Source: Methanobacteriota archaeon
Lineage (GTDB): Archaea > Thermoplasmatota > E2 > JACPAO01 > JAHWKR01
Assembly (NCBI GenBank): GCA_019347805.1
Contig: JAHWKR010000012.1
Location: 4,473 to 68,472, forward strand
Direction: 5' to 3'
Length of the DNA stretch: 64,000 nt
Positions 8,793 through 17,387 of this stretch are shown here, piece after piece. The notes under the pieces were generated by a model. The model saw nothing but the letters and a program-made list of their open reading frames with translations. It searched no databases and was not told the DNA's origin. How positions within the stretch are numbered: the stretch's first letter is position 1; each line of letters begins with the position of its first letter. The position numbers were made by a program, and so were the translations under genes.

Positions 8793-10085
8793 ATGGCGAC
8801 CTGGGACCGCCGCCGACCGGACGACGCGGGGCGCGTCGAGGCGGTGGTGCCGGGGCCGCGGGAGCGGCCGTGGCTGTGGTTGCTGCTCGCGGTCGTGGTC
8901 TTGGCGGCGTGGACGTTCGTGCGGCCGGAGCCCTTCCGTGACCTGGTCTTGCCGCTTGTCGCGGATGTCTTGGGTCATGATGCCGTCCGGTACAAGGGCG
9001 ACGAGGTGTCGTCGGAGTACACGTGGGCGGTGAAGGCGCTCATCGCGGCGACGGTGGTCCCGCTGCTCCTTGCGGGTCGGTCGGCCTTCGTCTTGTCACG
9101 TTTCAAGAACCTGCGTTGGGCGGCGCGCGTGCGGCTCGATGCGGCGTTCCTCTTGGCGGTGAGTCCCTATCTGGCGCTCTTGCCGCTGTGGGCGGCGTTG
9201 GCGGATTCGCTCTTGTTCAAGGTGCCGTGGGCGTTCTGGTTCGTCGAACCTGTGAGCTACCTGTTCCTTCTTCTCGTCCTCTTCGTGTCGTTGGCGCTGG
9301 CGTTGTGGGTCGAGCATGGCGGCATGGAGCGCTCCTTGCCCCGCTTCGGCTCGGTGCTCTTGTTCCTCTTCGTCGTCGAGGTGGTGTGGGTGCGGTTCCT
9401 GTCGGCGACGACGACGGCGGTGCCGGTCTGGGGTTGGTTGGTGCCGCCGGTCGTGGCGTACGGGGTCTTCTTCGGGGTGACGTTGGGCCATCGGCTCATC
9501 AGTCATCGCCGTGTGCTCTTCGCGTTGGCGGCGCACCATCTCGCCTTCTTCGGGATGTTCCTGCTCTTGTGGCTCGTCCAGGGTCCGTGGCCGCCGATGG
9601 AGTGGTCGTACCGGGGGGTCGAGGCGGTGCGTTCGGTCGGTGACGCGCGCCCCTGGTTCTCGCTCGCCGTGGTGCTCCCGCCGGTCGCGGTGACGGTGGG
9701 ACTGTTCACGGTGGGGACCTATCTCCAGGGCTATGTGCGGGCGTTGCGGCCTTGGCGCGACGGTTCCAACGTGGCGATGGTCTTCTCGCAGGTCTTGCAC
9801 GGGTGGGTGGTGACGATGGCGACGGTGGACCCGTACGGGGCGCTCGAGTCGGCACGACCGCTTCCCAGTAGGGTCGTCGGCTTCCTGGTGCGATCACTCG
9901 ACGGCTGGGGCTATTTCGCCGCCAAGGCATTCGGCGTGGTCTTCGTGGTCTTCCTCTTGGACACGGTGTTCCGGAACGCGTCATGGCTCGCGGGGGAGCG
10001 GCGCAATTTTGTCAAGCTGGTGGTCATTACGGCCGGTCTGGTCCCGGCACTGCGGGTCGCGATCCGGCTCGGCGTCGGACTGTGA
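8793..10085 (+). CDS. Divergent DUF63-like membrane protein
   Basis: Many TMs; C-terminus FSQVLHGWVVTMATVD...KLVVITAGLVPALRVAIR aligns by eye with the upstream DUF63 C-terminus. Confidence 0.65.
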   Translation: MATWDRRRPDDAGRVEAVVPGPRERPWLWLLLAVVVLAAWTFVRPEPFRDLVLPLVADVLGHDAVRYKGDEVSSEYTWAVKALIAATVVPLLLAGRSAFVLSRFKNLRWAARVRLDAAFLLAVSPYLALLPLWAALADSLLFKVPWAFWFVEPVSYLFLLLVLFVSLALALWVEHGGMERSLPRFGSVLLFLFVVEVVWVRFLSATTTAVPVWGWLVPPVVAYGVFFGVTLGHRLISHRRVLFALAAHHLAFFGMFLLLWLVQGPWPPMEWSYRGVEAVRSVGDARPWFSLAVVLPPVAVTVGLFTVGTYLQGYVRALRPWRDGSNVAMVFSQVLHGWVVTMATVDPYGALESARPLPSRVVGFLVRSLDGWGYFAAKAFGVVFVVFLLDTVFRNASWLAGERRNFVKLVVITAGLVPALRVAIRLGVGL

Positions 10086-10096
10086 GCCCGCCAGCC

Positions 10097-10810
10097 TCAT
10101 TCGAGCGGTATGGGCGGAGGCCCGTCGTGCGGTTCGCCCAACCTGGCCTCGGTGATCTCCCACCAGCCGGCGTCGCGGTGCCAGTGGGGTTCGGCGGACA
10201 CGACCTCGAGGGGGCGTCGGAACCCGGGTCCGTCGGTGACGAGGGTCTCGTATTCGCCGCCTTCGCCGGCGATGTTGAAGCGGAACCGTTCCGCCTGCCG
10301 TTCCAGTGTCGTGAGGGCGCGCCGGGTCAACTTCCGGCCGAGCCAGCCGCGGCCGAGTCCGTCGGTGGCGGTGGCGACGATGTGGATGTGGAAGCGGGCG
10401 GCTATGAGGCTGTGCACGTAGGCGTGCGGGTCCTTGTGCCAGAGCGGGGCGAAGGTCTTGAGACCGAGCCGGTGTCCGATGCGTTCGATGCGGGTGCGCT
10501 GGTATTCGGATGCGATGGCCCCTGAGACGACCGCGTCGGCCTGCGTCTCGTCCCGGGCGCGCCGAAGGAGCGATCCGAGGTCTTCCAGTTCCGTCTCCTG
10601 CTCGCCCTCGGTCTTGCCGGTGAAGAGGGGGACCTCGAGGGCTTCGGCGAGGAGTGCGGTCCAGCGTGTGTTGGGCCGGTGGAACATGTGCGAGTCCTCC
10701 CCGACGACCTCCAACGTGCAGGCGCCCACCACGTCCCAGCCATGCAGGCGCGCGATGTGGAGCGCGGCGACGCTGTCTTTGCCACCCGAAAGGAGGGCGA
10801 GGACCTTCAC
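10097..10810 (-). CDS. dph6: Diphthine--ammonia ligase (PP-loop)
   Basis: LSGGKDS PP-loop, SHMFH, GAIASEYQRTRIE, GEGGEYETLVTDGP; GTG start at 10810. Confidence 0.9.
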   Translation of the reverse strand: MKVLALLSGGKDSVAALHIARLHGWDVVGACTLEVVGEDSHMFHRPNTRWTALLAEALEVPLFTGKTEGEQETELEDLGSLLRRARDETQADAVVSGAIASEYQRTRIERIGHRLGLKTFAPLWHKDPHAYVHSLIAARFHIHIVATATDGLGRGWLGRKLTRRALTTLERQAERFRFNIAGEGGEYETLVTDGPGFRRPLEVVSAEPHWHRDAGWWEITEARLGEPHDGPPPIPLE

Positions 10811-10987
10811 AGGCTGGCCGACCTGGTGGCGATTCTTGAGGGTTCCGGACGTCCGGCATGGTCGGTACAGTCTGGTGGTTTCCGTGGGGAAAGTGCGGAA
10901 GATGATGATATCGTAGCCGGATGTCACGGGAAGTCCTCTTCTTTCCTGTCGTTCTCCCTATGACACGCATTCCCGAACGTGATGGTT

Positions 10988-11035
10988 GCAAGCAAACAAT
11001 CCTTTTATGCAAGAAGACAATCGGCAAGAAACAGG
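10988..11035 (+). promoter_or_regulatory. Three direct repeats flanking a TATA box in the dph6/TrmB divergent region
   Basis: GCAAGCAAACAATC (10988), GCAAGAAGACAATC (11009), GCAAGAAACAGG (11024), with TTTTAT at 11003-11008. Confidence 0.55.
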
Positions 11036-11046
11036 TGGAGCCGGGA

Positions 11047-12402
11047 TTGCACTCGAACACGACACCGGAAGAGCGCGTCTCGACGCTCCAATCGTTCGGA
11101 TTGACGGAGAACCAGGCCAAGGCGTACCTGGCCCTCCTGGAACTCGGCCGTGCGACCGCGAGCGCCCTCAACAAGCTCTCCGGTGTGCCACGGAACAAGG
11201 TCTATTCGGTCGTCGAGGAGTTGAACGAGAAAGGGCTCGTCGAGATCGTCCTTGAGGACCCGATCGTCTTCGAGGCGCGTCCGGTCACACGGTACCTCGA
11301 CCTGCTCGCCTCCGAACTGGAATCGAAACGGAGGGACCTGAAGGCGAGCATGCCACGGCTCGCTGATGAGTTCCAGATCAAGGCCACCCTCTCCGAGGAC
11401 GACCTTCAGGGCGGCTCGTTCCGGATCTACAAGGGCCGGCGTGCCGTGCTCCAACAGCACAGCCGCATGAACCGGGACGCGAAAGGGAGCGTCAAGGTGG
11501 TATGCACCCCGAGCACGCCCGCGCGGATGCTCGCCTCTGACATGCTCGGCGACTACCCGGACCTGGAGGCGGTGCGGTTCGAGATCTTCACACCGCTCAC
11601 AAAGAAGAACATCCCGGCCGTAAAAAGCCTCTTCGAGCGTCTCGGTCGCGCGATCCGGGTCACCACCGGTTCTCCGCGCAACGTCATCATCAAATTGGTC
11701 GACGACAAGCAGGTCTTCTTCACGCATGTCATCCCGGACACGGAGTCCACGACCCAGGGCGACGATGTCGGGGTCTGGACCGACAATCCGGTCTTCCTGC
11801 AGCTTGCGACCGAGCTCATCGAGCGCGCCAAGGAGCGCAGCCAGGAGTTCCACACCGCACGGCTCGCGCTCGAGGCGGACCAGCCGTTCCCGGAGATGCG
11901 GGTCCTCCAGGACCCGACGGAACATCGCGAGCTCTTGATGCTCGGGCTCATGCAGGCGAAGGAGATCATGGCGGTGACGGACGGGTCGATGCTCCTGCGG
12001 GGGATGGCCTCCATGGCCGACCCTTCGTTCCGCGCCAACATGGAGCAGCGTGAGGTCCGCATCCGGCTCGTCACCCGCGTGACACAGGAGATCCTCAAGG
12101 CGGTCACAGACCGGCCGAACATCGAGTTGCGTCACCTCGACTCGGTCCCGGGCAACTTCATCGTCTTCGGCGACCGCGTGATCCGCACACACCGGATGGA
12201 CCCGGGAGCGGAGGACCCGTTCGAGGTCGGCAGCCTGACGTTCTATTCCACGCTCCCCGGCGTCGTCGTCGAGGCCAAGGACCACTTCGAGCGCCTATGG
12301 CAGGCCGCCGTCCCGACCGGCGAGCTCGACCCGGCGGAACTGCCGAAGGCGTCGCGTCCGGACCGCGACAAGGGCACGCCGGAAGAGGAAGCCGTCGCCT
12401 GA
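11047..12402 (+). CDS. TrmB-family regulator with apparently duplicated C-terminal effector domain
   Basis: FGLTENQAKAYLALL...GVPRNKVYSVVEEL HTH; two segments ending in IKLVDDKQVFF/GVWTDNP and FIVFGDRVIR/FYSTLPGVV...HFERLWQAA; TTG start after GGAG. Confidence 0.85.
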   Translation: MHSNTTPEERVSTLQSFGLTENQAKAYLALLELGRATASALNKLSGVPRNKVYSVVEELNEKGLVEIVLEDPIVFEARPVTRYLDLLASELESKRRDLKASMPRLADEFQIKATLSEDDLQGGSFRIYKGRRAVLQQHSRMNRDAKGSVKVVCTPSTPARMLASDMLGDYPDLEAVRFEIFTPLTKKNIPAVKSLFERLGRAIRVTTGSPRNVIIKLVDDKQVFFTHVIPDTESTTQGDDVGVWTDNPVFLQLATELIERAKERSQEFHTARLALEADQPFPEMRVLQDPTEHRELLMLGLMQAKEIMAVTDGSMLLRGMASMADPSFRANMEQREVRIRLVTRVTQEILKAVTDRPNIELRHLDSVPGNFIVFGDRVIRTHRMDPGAEDPFEVGSLTFYSTLPGVVVEAKDHFERLWQAAVPTGELDPAELPKASRPDRDKGTPEEEAVA

Positions 12403-13212
12403 TCAACGTTCGCAGGCGTCGAGAAGGTCTTGGACAGAGCGCCGGACGGTATCGCGCAGCACCGGCCGGTGGGGCCTCGCCGCCGCGGTCTCTTCAAGGT
12501 CCACCACGACCTCCAGGACATGCGGTGCGTCATACACCCCACGTTCTTTCAGGACACCACGGGGGGACCAGTATTGGTTGCCGCCCCAGAAGACGAGCGA
12601 TTCCTGGGTGCCGCCGAAGTTGGCGTAGACGAGGGGCAGTGTGCATTCGATGGCGCGCGCGGCGAAGACCGCTTCGAAGAAGCGCCTGGACGTCCCCGGG
12701 CTCGCCGAGATATTGACCAGCACGTCCGCCCCTTTGAGGGCGAGCGCCTTGTGCAGTTCGGGGAAGAAGACGTCGTAGCAGATGGACACGCCGAGCCGGC
12801 CCCAAGGGGTCTCCATCAGGCCGGAACGGACACCCGGTGTGAAGAAGAGACCGTCGAGGAACGGATCGAACGTGGAGAGTTGGCGTTTGTCGTAATGCTG
12901 GACCGACTCGTCGGCACCGACGAGGACGGCCGAGTTGTAGACCAGCCCCGGCCGGGTGGCGTCCGCGCGGGGCATGCCGAAGATCACCCATTTCCCGGTC
13001 TCTTCCGCCCACTTTTTGACACGTGACACCGATGGACCGTCGAGGCCCTCAGCAAGCCGGTGCACGCGGTCGAGGACGAGGTAACCGGTGAGCGCCATCT
13101 CGGGGAAGACGACGAGGTCGCCCGCCGCCTCACGGACGACCGTCCCCATCTGGTCGAGGTTGGCCTCCTTGTCGCCGAGTCGGGGCCGGATGGACGCGAG
13201 CGTGGTGCGCAC
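12403..13212 (-). CDS. Carbon-nitrogen hydrolase (nitrilase family)
   Basis: E-K-C triad: VFPEMALTGY, YDKRQL, SICYDVFFPE. Confidence 0.9.
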   Translation of the reverse strand: MRTTLASIRPRLGDKEANLDQMGTVVREAAGDLVVFPEMALTGYLVLDRVHRLAEGLDGPSVSRVKKWAEETGKWVIFGMPRADATRPGLVYNSAVLVGADESVQHYDKRQLSTFDPFLDGLFFTPGVRSGLMETPWGRLGVSICYDVFFPELHKALALKGADVLVNISASPGTSRRFFEAVFAARAIECTLPLVYANFGGTQESLVFWGGNQYWSPRGVLKERGVYDAPHVLEVVVDLEETAAARPHRPVLRDTVRRSVQDLLDACER

Positions 13213-13321
13213 GGAGGCCGGGAGCGGACGGCGTGTTAAAAGGGCTGTCCGCGACCGTCAGTCTGTCCCTTGGCGCCATCCCCTCCTTTTATGGACCCGG
13301 ACCCGGTCCCGCGCCCTGCAG

Positions 13322-14158
13322 ATGGGCCTGAACGTCAAGCTCGACACGGAGGCGACCGAACGCACCCTGGTCCGCTTCATCCGCGACTATGTCGAGAGCG
13401 CCGGCGCGCGCGGTGTCGTCCTCGGCCTGTCGGGTGGACTCGACTCGGCGGTCGGCGCGACCCTCGCCGTCCGCGCCCTCGGCGCGGAGCGTGTGCATCC
13501 GTTCTTCCTGCCGGCGGCGACGAGCAGTGAGGCCGACCGCAAAGACGCGAAGCGGATGGCGGAGCACCTCGGGCTCACCCTCACGGAGCACCCCATCGAC
13601 CCCATGACCGATGCCACCCATGCCGCCCTCGGCAAAGAGCCTCCACGCCAGGTGGCGCAGAACATCCTCCCGCGTCTTCGCATGGTCCTGCTTTTCGCCG
13701 AGGCGCAAGACCGCGGCGCGATCGTCATGGGCACCGGCAACAAGTCCGAGCTCCTCACCGGGTATTTCACGAAATACGGCGACGGCGGTGTCGACCTGCA
13801 ACCCCTCGGCGACCTCTACAAGACACAGGTGCAGGAACTGGCGGTCCACCTCGGTGTCCCAAGCAAGATCGTCGACAAAACGCCGAGTGCGGGGTTGTGG
13901 GAAGGCCAGACCGACGAGGACGAGCTCGGCATGACCTACGACACCCTGGACCAGGTGCTCCTCGGCATCGAGGTCGACCTGCCGTTCGAACGCATCGCCG
14001 AAGATGCCGGTGTCCCGCTCGACGAGGTGCATCGCATCGAACGCCTGCGCAGGGCGACACAGCACAAACGCCACATGCCCATCGTTCCCAAACTCGGCAT
14101 CCGCACGGTCGGCACCGATTGGCGCGACCCGGTGATGGGCGACGGTCCGGAGGCATGA
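13322..14158 (+). CDS. nadE: NAD+ synthetase (single-domain)
   Basis: LGLSGGLDSAV, GTGNKSELLTGYFTKYGDG, DLYKTQV, PSAGLWEGQTDEDELG. Confidence 0.95.
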   Translation: MGLNVKLDTEATERTLVRFIRDYVESAGARGVVLGLSGGLDSAVGATLAVRALGAERVHPFFLPAATSSEADRKDAKRMAEHLGLTLTEHPIDPMTDATHAALGKEPPRQVAQNILPRLRMVLLFAEAQDRGAIVMGTGNKSELLTGYFTKYGDGGVDLQPLGDLYKTQVQELAVHLGVPSKIVDKTPSAGLWEGQTDEDELGMTYDTLDQVLLGIEVDLPFERIAEDAGVPLDEVHRIERLRRATQHKRHMPIVPKLGIRTVGTDWRDPVMGDGPEA

Positions 14159-14159
14159 G

Positions 14160-14441
14160 ATGACCGAAACGAACACCGCACCGTCCGGACGTGCCGCACG
14201 TCTGCCCCAGTCCCGCGGCGACGCCGCCAAGGTGCTCGTCCTCCTCGTGCTGCTCGAGGCGGCGCTCGCGCTCTTCGTCTGGCTGAGCGTGCACTGGATG
14301 GACGAGGTGGGTCCGCTCGGCTATTGGATCGTCGTCGCCTTCGCCGTCGCCACCTCGGCCGCCCTCGCGCTTTTCGCGGTCTCGCTCTTCTTCGACGCCC
14401 TGTCTGTCCTCCTCGGCGTCCTGTCGCGGGACAAGGAATGA
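14160..14441 (+). CDS. Small two-TM membrane protein
   Basis: Two hydrophobic stretches; 1 nt after the nadE stop; ATGA overlap with the next gene. Confidence 0.7.
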   Translation: MTETNTAPSGRAARLPQSRGDAAKVLVLLVLLEAALALFVWLSVHWMDEVGPLGYWIVVAFAVATSAALALFAVSLFFDALSVLLGVLSRDKE

Positions 14442-15274
14442 CCGCCGCGGAGCGACACCCATATCCCCCATCGCGCGTTCCCCGGCGCCGGATGGCGCGC
14501 ATCTACATCGCCGGGCCCCTTTTTACGAAGCAGGACCGGGAGGTCCTTGAGCGCATCGACGCCGCGCTCCGCGAAGCGGGGCACAACCCGTTCCTGCCCC
14601 ACCGCGACGGGGACGATGTAGGGGCCGCGCGGGGTCCGGACGGCGCCGAGGACGCGGCGGAGCGGCGCACGCGTATCTTCCTCGCCGACATGAAGGGCTT
14701 GGAACGTGCCGATGCCTTGGTCTGCCTGCTCGACGGGCCGGACACCGACGCCGGCACCGCGTTCGAGATCGGTTGGGCCTACGCCGAGCGTCGACCGGTC
14801 TTCGCCCTGCGCACCGATTTCCGCACGCAAGGCCCCGAGGGTGCGGTGTCGCTCATGCTCCTCGGTGCCGCCGACCGTTTCCTGCCCGCCGACGAGATGG
14901 GTTGGGAGGACATCATGAAGGAGATCGTCGATTGGGCGGCCGGCATCAAACCGTTCGGTCAGCGCATGGTGCGCGACGCGGTGCCCCGCATCCTGAAGGA
15001 GAAGGGCCACGACCTGCGCTTCCGGCGTGTCGAGAAGGACGAACGGCCGCTGGTCTTGAAGAACAAGATCGAGGAGGTGGGGCGGCGGTTGCGCATGGCC
15101 GACCGCACCCGCGAAGAGGAATCGGTGGTGGACCTCCTGGAGGCGACCGAGGCGTTCATCCGCGAGCGGGGTTGGGACAAGAGCACGTTGCAGGCGCTCA
15201 AGTCGGGACGATGGAAGACCCGGGGCGGCTACGAGGAAGGCTGGATCGTCGAGGGCGACGGTGCGGAACCCTGA
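14438..15274 (+). CDS. Nucleoside 2-deoxyribosyltransferase-family domain fused to a MazG-like (COG4997-type) NTP pyrophosphohydrolase domain
   Basis: IYIAGPLF...PFLPHRD...DAGTAFEIGWA (NDT); MVRDAVPRI...KIEE...VDLLEA...RGGYEEG (all-alpha NTP-PPase pattern). Alternative start 14492. Confidence 0.8.
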   Translation: MTAAERHPYPPSRVPRRRMARIYIAGPLFTKQDREVLERIDAALREAGHNPFLPHRDGDDVGAARGPDGAEDAAERRTRIFLADMKGLERADALVCLLDGPDTDAGTAFEIGWAYAERRPVFALRTDFRTQGPEGAVSLMLLGAADRFLPADEMGWEDIMKEIVDWAAGIKPFGQRMVRDAVPRILKEKGHDLRFRRVEKDERPLVLKNKIEEVGRRLRMADRTREEESVVDLLEATEAFIRERGWDKSTLQALKSGRWKTRGGYEEGWIVEGDGAEP

Positions 15275-15324
15275 TCGGGACCGACAGGAAGCCCCGCGGT
15301 CGAACCATGGACCGAAGCGCTTAG

Positions 15325-16038
15325 ATGCAGGAAGAGCGACTCAGGCTTGGGATGCACCAGAGAACGAAAGGGCCCGAGCCGCGCCTCATCGGCTTCGACC
15401 TCGACGATGTCCTGTTGGAGTTCTTCCCGGTCTTCGCGTACCGCCTCCTCGAGGCCCATGGCGTCGATGTCCGGCGAGCCAAGCGGACCGATTGGGAGTA
15501 CGTCCGGTTGCCCGAGATCGTCGCCGCGGGGTTGACCGAGAGCGATGTGCGTCGGGTCGTCCACCAGGCGTGCCATGACCATGGAGCGCACGCCGATGTC
15601 GGACCCATCGACCCGGTCATGGTGCAGACGGTGCGCCGGCTTCGCCGCGATGGCCATCGCGTCGTCCTTGCCACCGCGCGCACCCCGTCCTCGGCGGCCG
15701 TCGTCGCCACCTGGCTCGACCGGCACGGCCTCGTCTTCGACGAACTGCGCTTCGGCCGCGGTTCCAAGCTCGGGCTGGACATCCTGGTGGAGGATTCTGC
15801 GCACCAGGTGTTGCGGGCGGTCGCGACCGGGAGCCAGGTCTTCGTACCGGACCGGCCGTGGAACGACCGGCCCGATGTCCGTGGCCATCCGAACGTCACC
15901 GTCTACGATCGGCCCGATGCGCTCTACCCCTTGATGGCGGCGCGCATCCAGGGTGTGAAGGACCTCTATGGCTTCAGTTCGGCGGACCTGCTGATGGAGG
16001 ACGCGCCGCAGGCGGACACACCGGCCGGTTCGCCGTAG
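15325..16038 (+). CDS. HAD-superfamily 5'(3')-deoxyribonucleotidase-like phosphatase (NT5C type)
   Basis: IGFDLDDVL motif I, LATAR motif II, K..LDILVED motifs III/IV, RPWN. Confidence 0.8.
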   Translation: MQEERLRLGMHQRTKGPEPRLIGFDLDDVLLEFFPVFAYRLLEAHGVDVRRAKRTDWEYVRLPEIVAAGLTESDVRRVVHQACHDHGAHADVGPIDPVMVQTVRRLRRDGHRVVLATARTPSSAAVVATWLDRHGLVFDELRFGRGSKLGLDILVEDSAHQVLRAVATGSQVFVPDRPWNDRPDVRGHPNVTVYDRPDALYPLMAARIQGVKDLYGFSSADLLMEDAPQADTPAGSP

Positions 16039-16569
16039 TCAGCGGTAGACGCCGACCGCGTAGCCACCGCGCGCCGTGAGCTCGATATCCAGGGTCCAGC
16101 GGCCCGGGAACGGGTCGTCGACCGCGTACCAGTGGTCTTCCTGTTGTTCCTTGTGGCCGTCGAAGTGGGTGGCGGCGACGCTGCGGCCGAGCGGGTCGCG
16201 CAAGCGCATGTCCACCTCCCCGTGCAGGTCGAAAAGGAGCGACACGCGGAGCGAATCGGTGCGCGCGGCGACATCGAACGTGCGCCGGGTGTCCTCTTCT
16301 CCGTTGAGCAGGTTGTTCCAGCGGGTGTCGGCGTCCCCGTAAGCGGTCTGGACGTCTTCGTCCTCGATGCCCCCCGGGGCGCAGAACCCGTCCCGGTCGT
16401 GGGTGTGGGAATGGTCGTGGTCGGACTCGCTGCCGTGATGACGCTCACGATGATCCTCATGGGAGCGGTCGTCGTCATGGTCGGACCAGTCGGCGTCGGA
16501 GACGTCCATGCAGCCGGAGAAGAGAAGGGAGGACACAAGAAGGGCCAGGAGTACGGGTCTTGTCGTCAT
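16039..16569 (-). CDS. Lipoprotein with His/Asp-rich tract and PPC-like beta-sandwich
   Basis: Lipobox FSGC; DHDDDRSHEDHRERHHGSESDHDHSHTHD; VDMRLRDPLGRSV...PFPGRWTLDI. Confidence 0.75.
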   Translation of the reverse strand: MTTRPVLLALLVSSLLFSGCMDVSDADWSDHDDDRSHEDHRERHHGSESDHDHSHTHDRDGFCAPGGIEDEDVQTAYGDADTRWNNLLNGEEDTRRTFDVAARTDSLRVSLLFDLHGEVDMRLRDPLGRSVAATHFDGHKEQQEDHWYAVDDPFPGRWTLDIELTARGGYAVGVYR

Positions 16570-16794
16570 CACGCTACCACACCAGCCATCGATGCAGCGG
16601 GGATAAGGCGACTGGCGAGAACGTTGGAACGTCAGGTGGCCGAAGGATCCGGTAAGCCGCCGTACCCACGACACCCGACCGAAAGAGGGTGCCCCCTTCT
16701 CACACACGTCAGGCCCCCTCGCCTCCCACCGCAGAGCTTATCCACCCCAGCCGCAGACCCTGGTTCCATCCCCTTCATCGCTCCGCCCGAACCC

Positions 16795-16801
16795 TTATAA
16801 A
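16795..16801 (+). promoter_or_regulatory. TATA box of rps6e
   Basis: ACCCTTATAAAG about 55 nt upstream of the ATG. Confidence 0.6.
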
Positions 16802-16855
16802 GAGGACCCTTTCTCGGCGGGCTACGCCCCTTCCAGGGCGACGGGAGGCCCATCC

Positions 16856-17248
16856 ATGGCAGAATTCAAGGTCAACGTCTCGAACGCGGACGGCAAGTCC
16901 TATCAGGTCAATGTGAGCGGGCACCACGCCAACTCGCTGGTCGGCAAGCGCATCGGTGAAGAGGTCGACGGGCTCTTCGTGTCGCTCCCCGGCTACAAGC
17001 TCAAGATCACCGGCGGTTCCGACAAGGACGGATTCGTCATGCGCCGCGACCTCGACGGCATCCAGCGCAAGCGGATCCTCATCTCGACGTCGACCGGCTT
17101 CCGGCCCAAGAAGGCCGGCATGCGCCGCCGCAAGACGGTGCGCGGCAACACCGTCTCCCTCGACGTCCTGCAGATCAACATGGCCGTCACGAAGGCGGGG
17201 TCGAAGCCCATCGACGCGATCCTTGCCGAGCAAGAGAAGAAGGAATAG
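16856..17248 (+). CDS. rps6e: 30S ribosomal protein S6e
   Basis: [37 protein letters not shown]. Confidence 0.97.
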   Translation: MAEFKVNVSNADGKSYQVNVSGHHANSLVGKRIGEEVDGLFVSLPGYKLKITGGSDKDGFVMRRDLDGIQRKRILISTSTGFRPKKAGMRRRKTVRGNTVSLDVLQINMAVTKAGSKPIDAILAEQEKKE

Positions 17249-17387
17249 CGCCACAGTAGGTCTCCCGACCCGAATTTCCCGCTCCTCCCCTTTTTCCGGA
17301 CCCGATCGTTCGGCCGCCCGGCCCCTCCACCGGACCCTTCATAAACGGCGGCCCAATCCGGGAACCCCTCAGGTCCCTAGTGATCTC

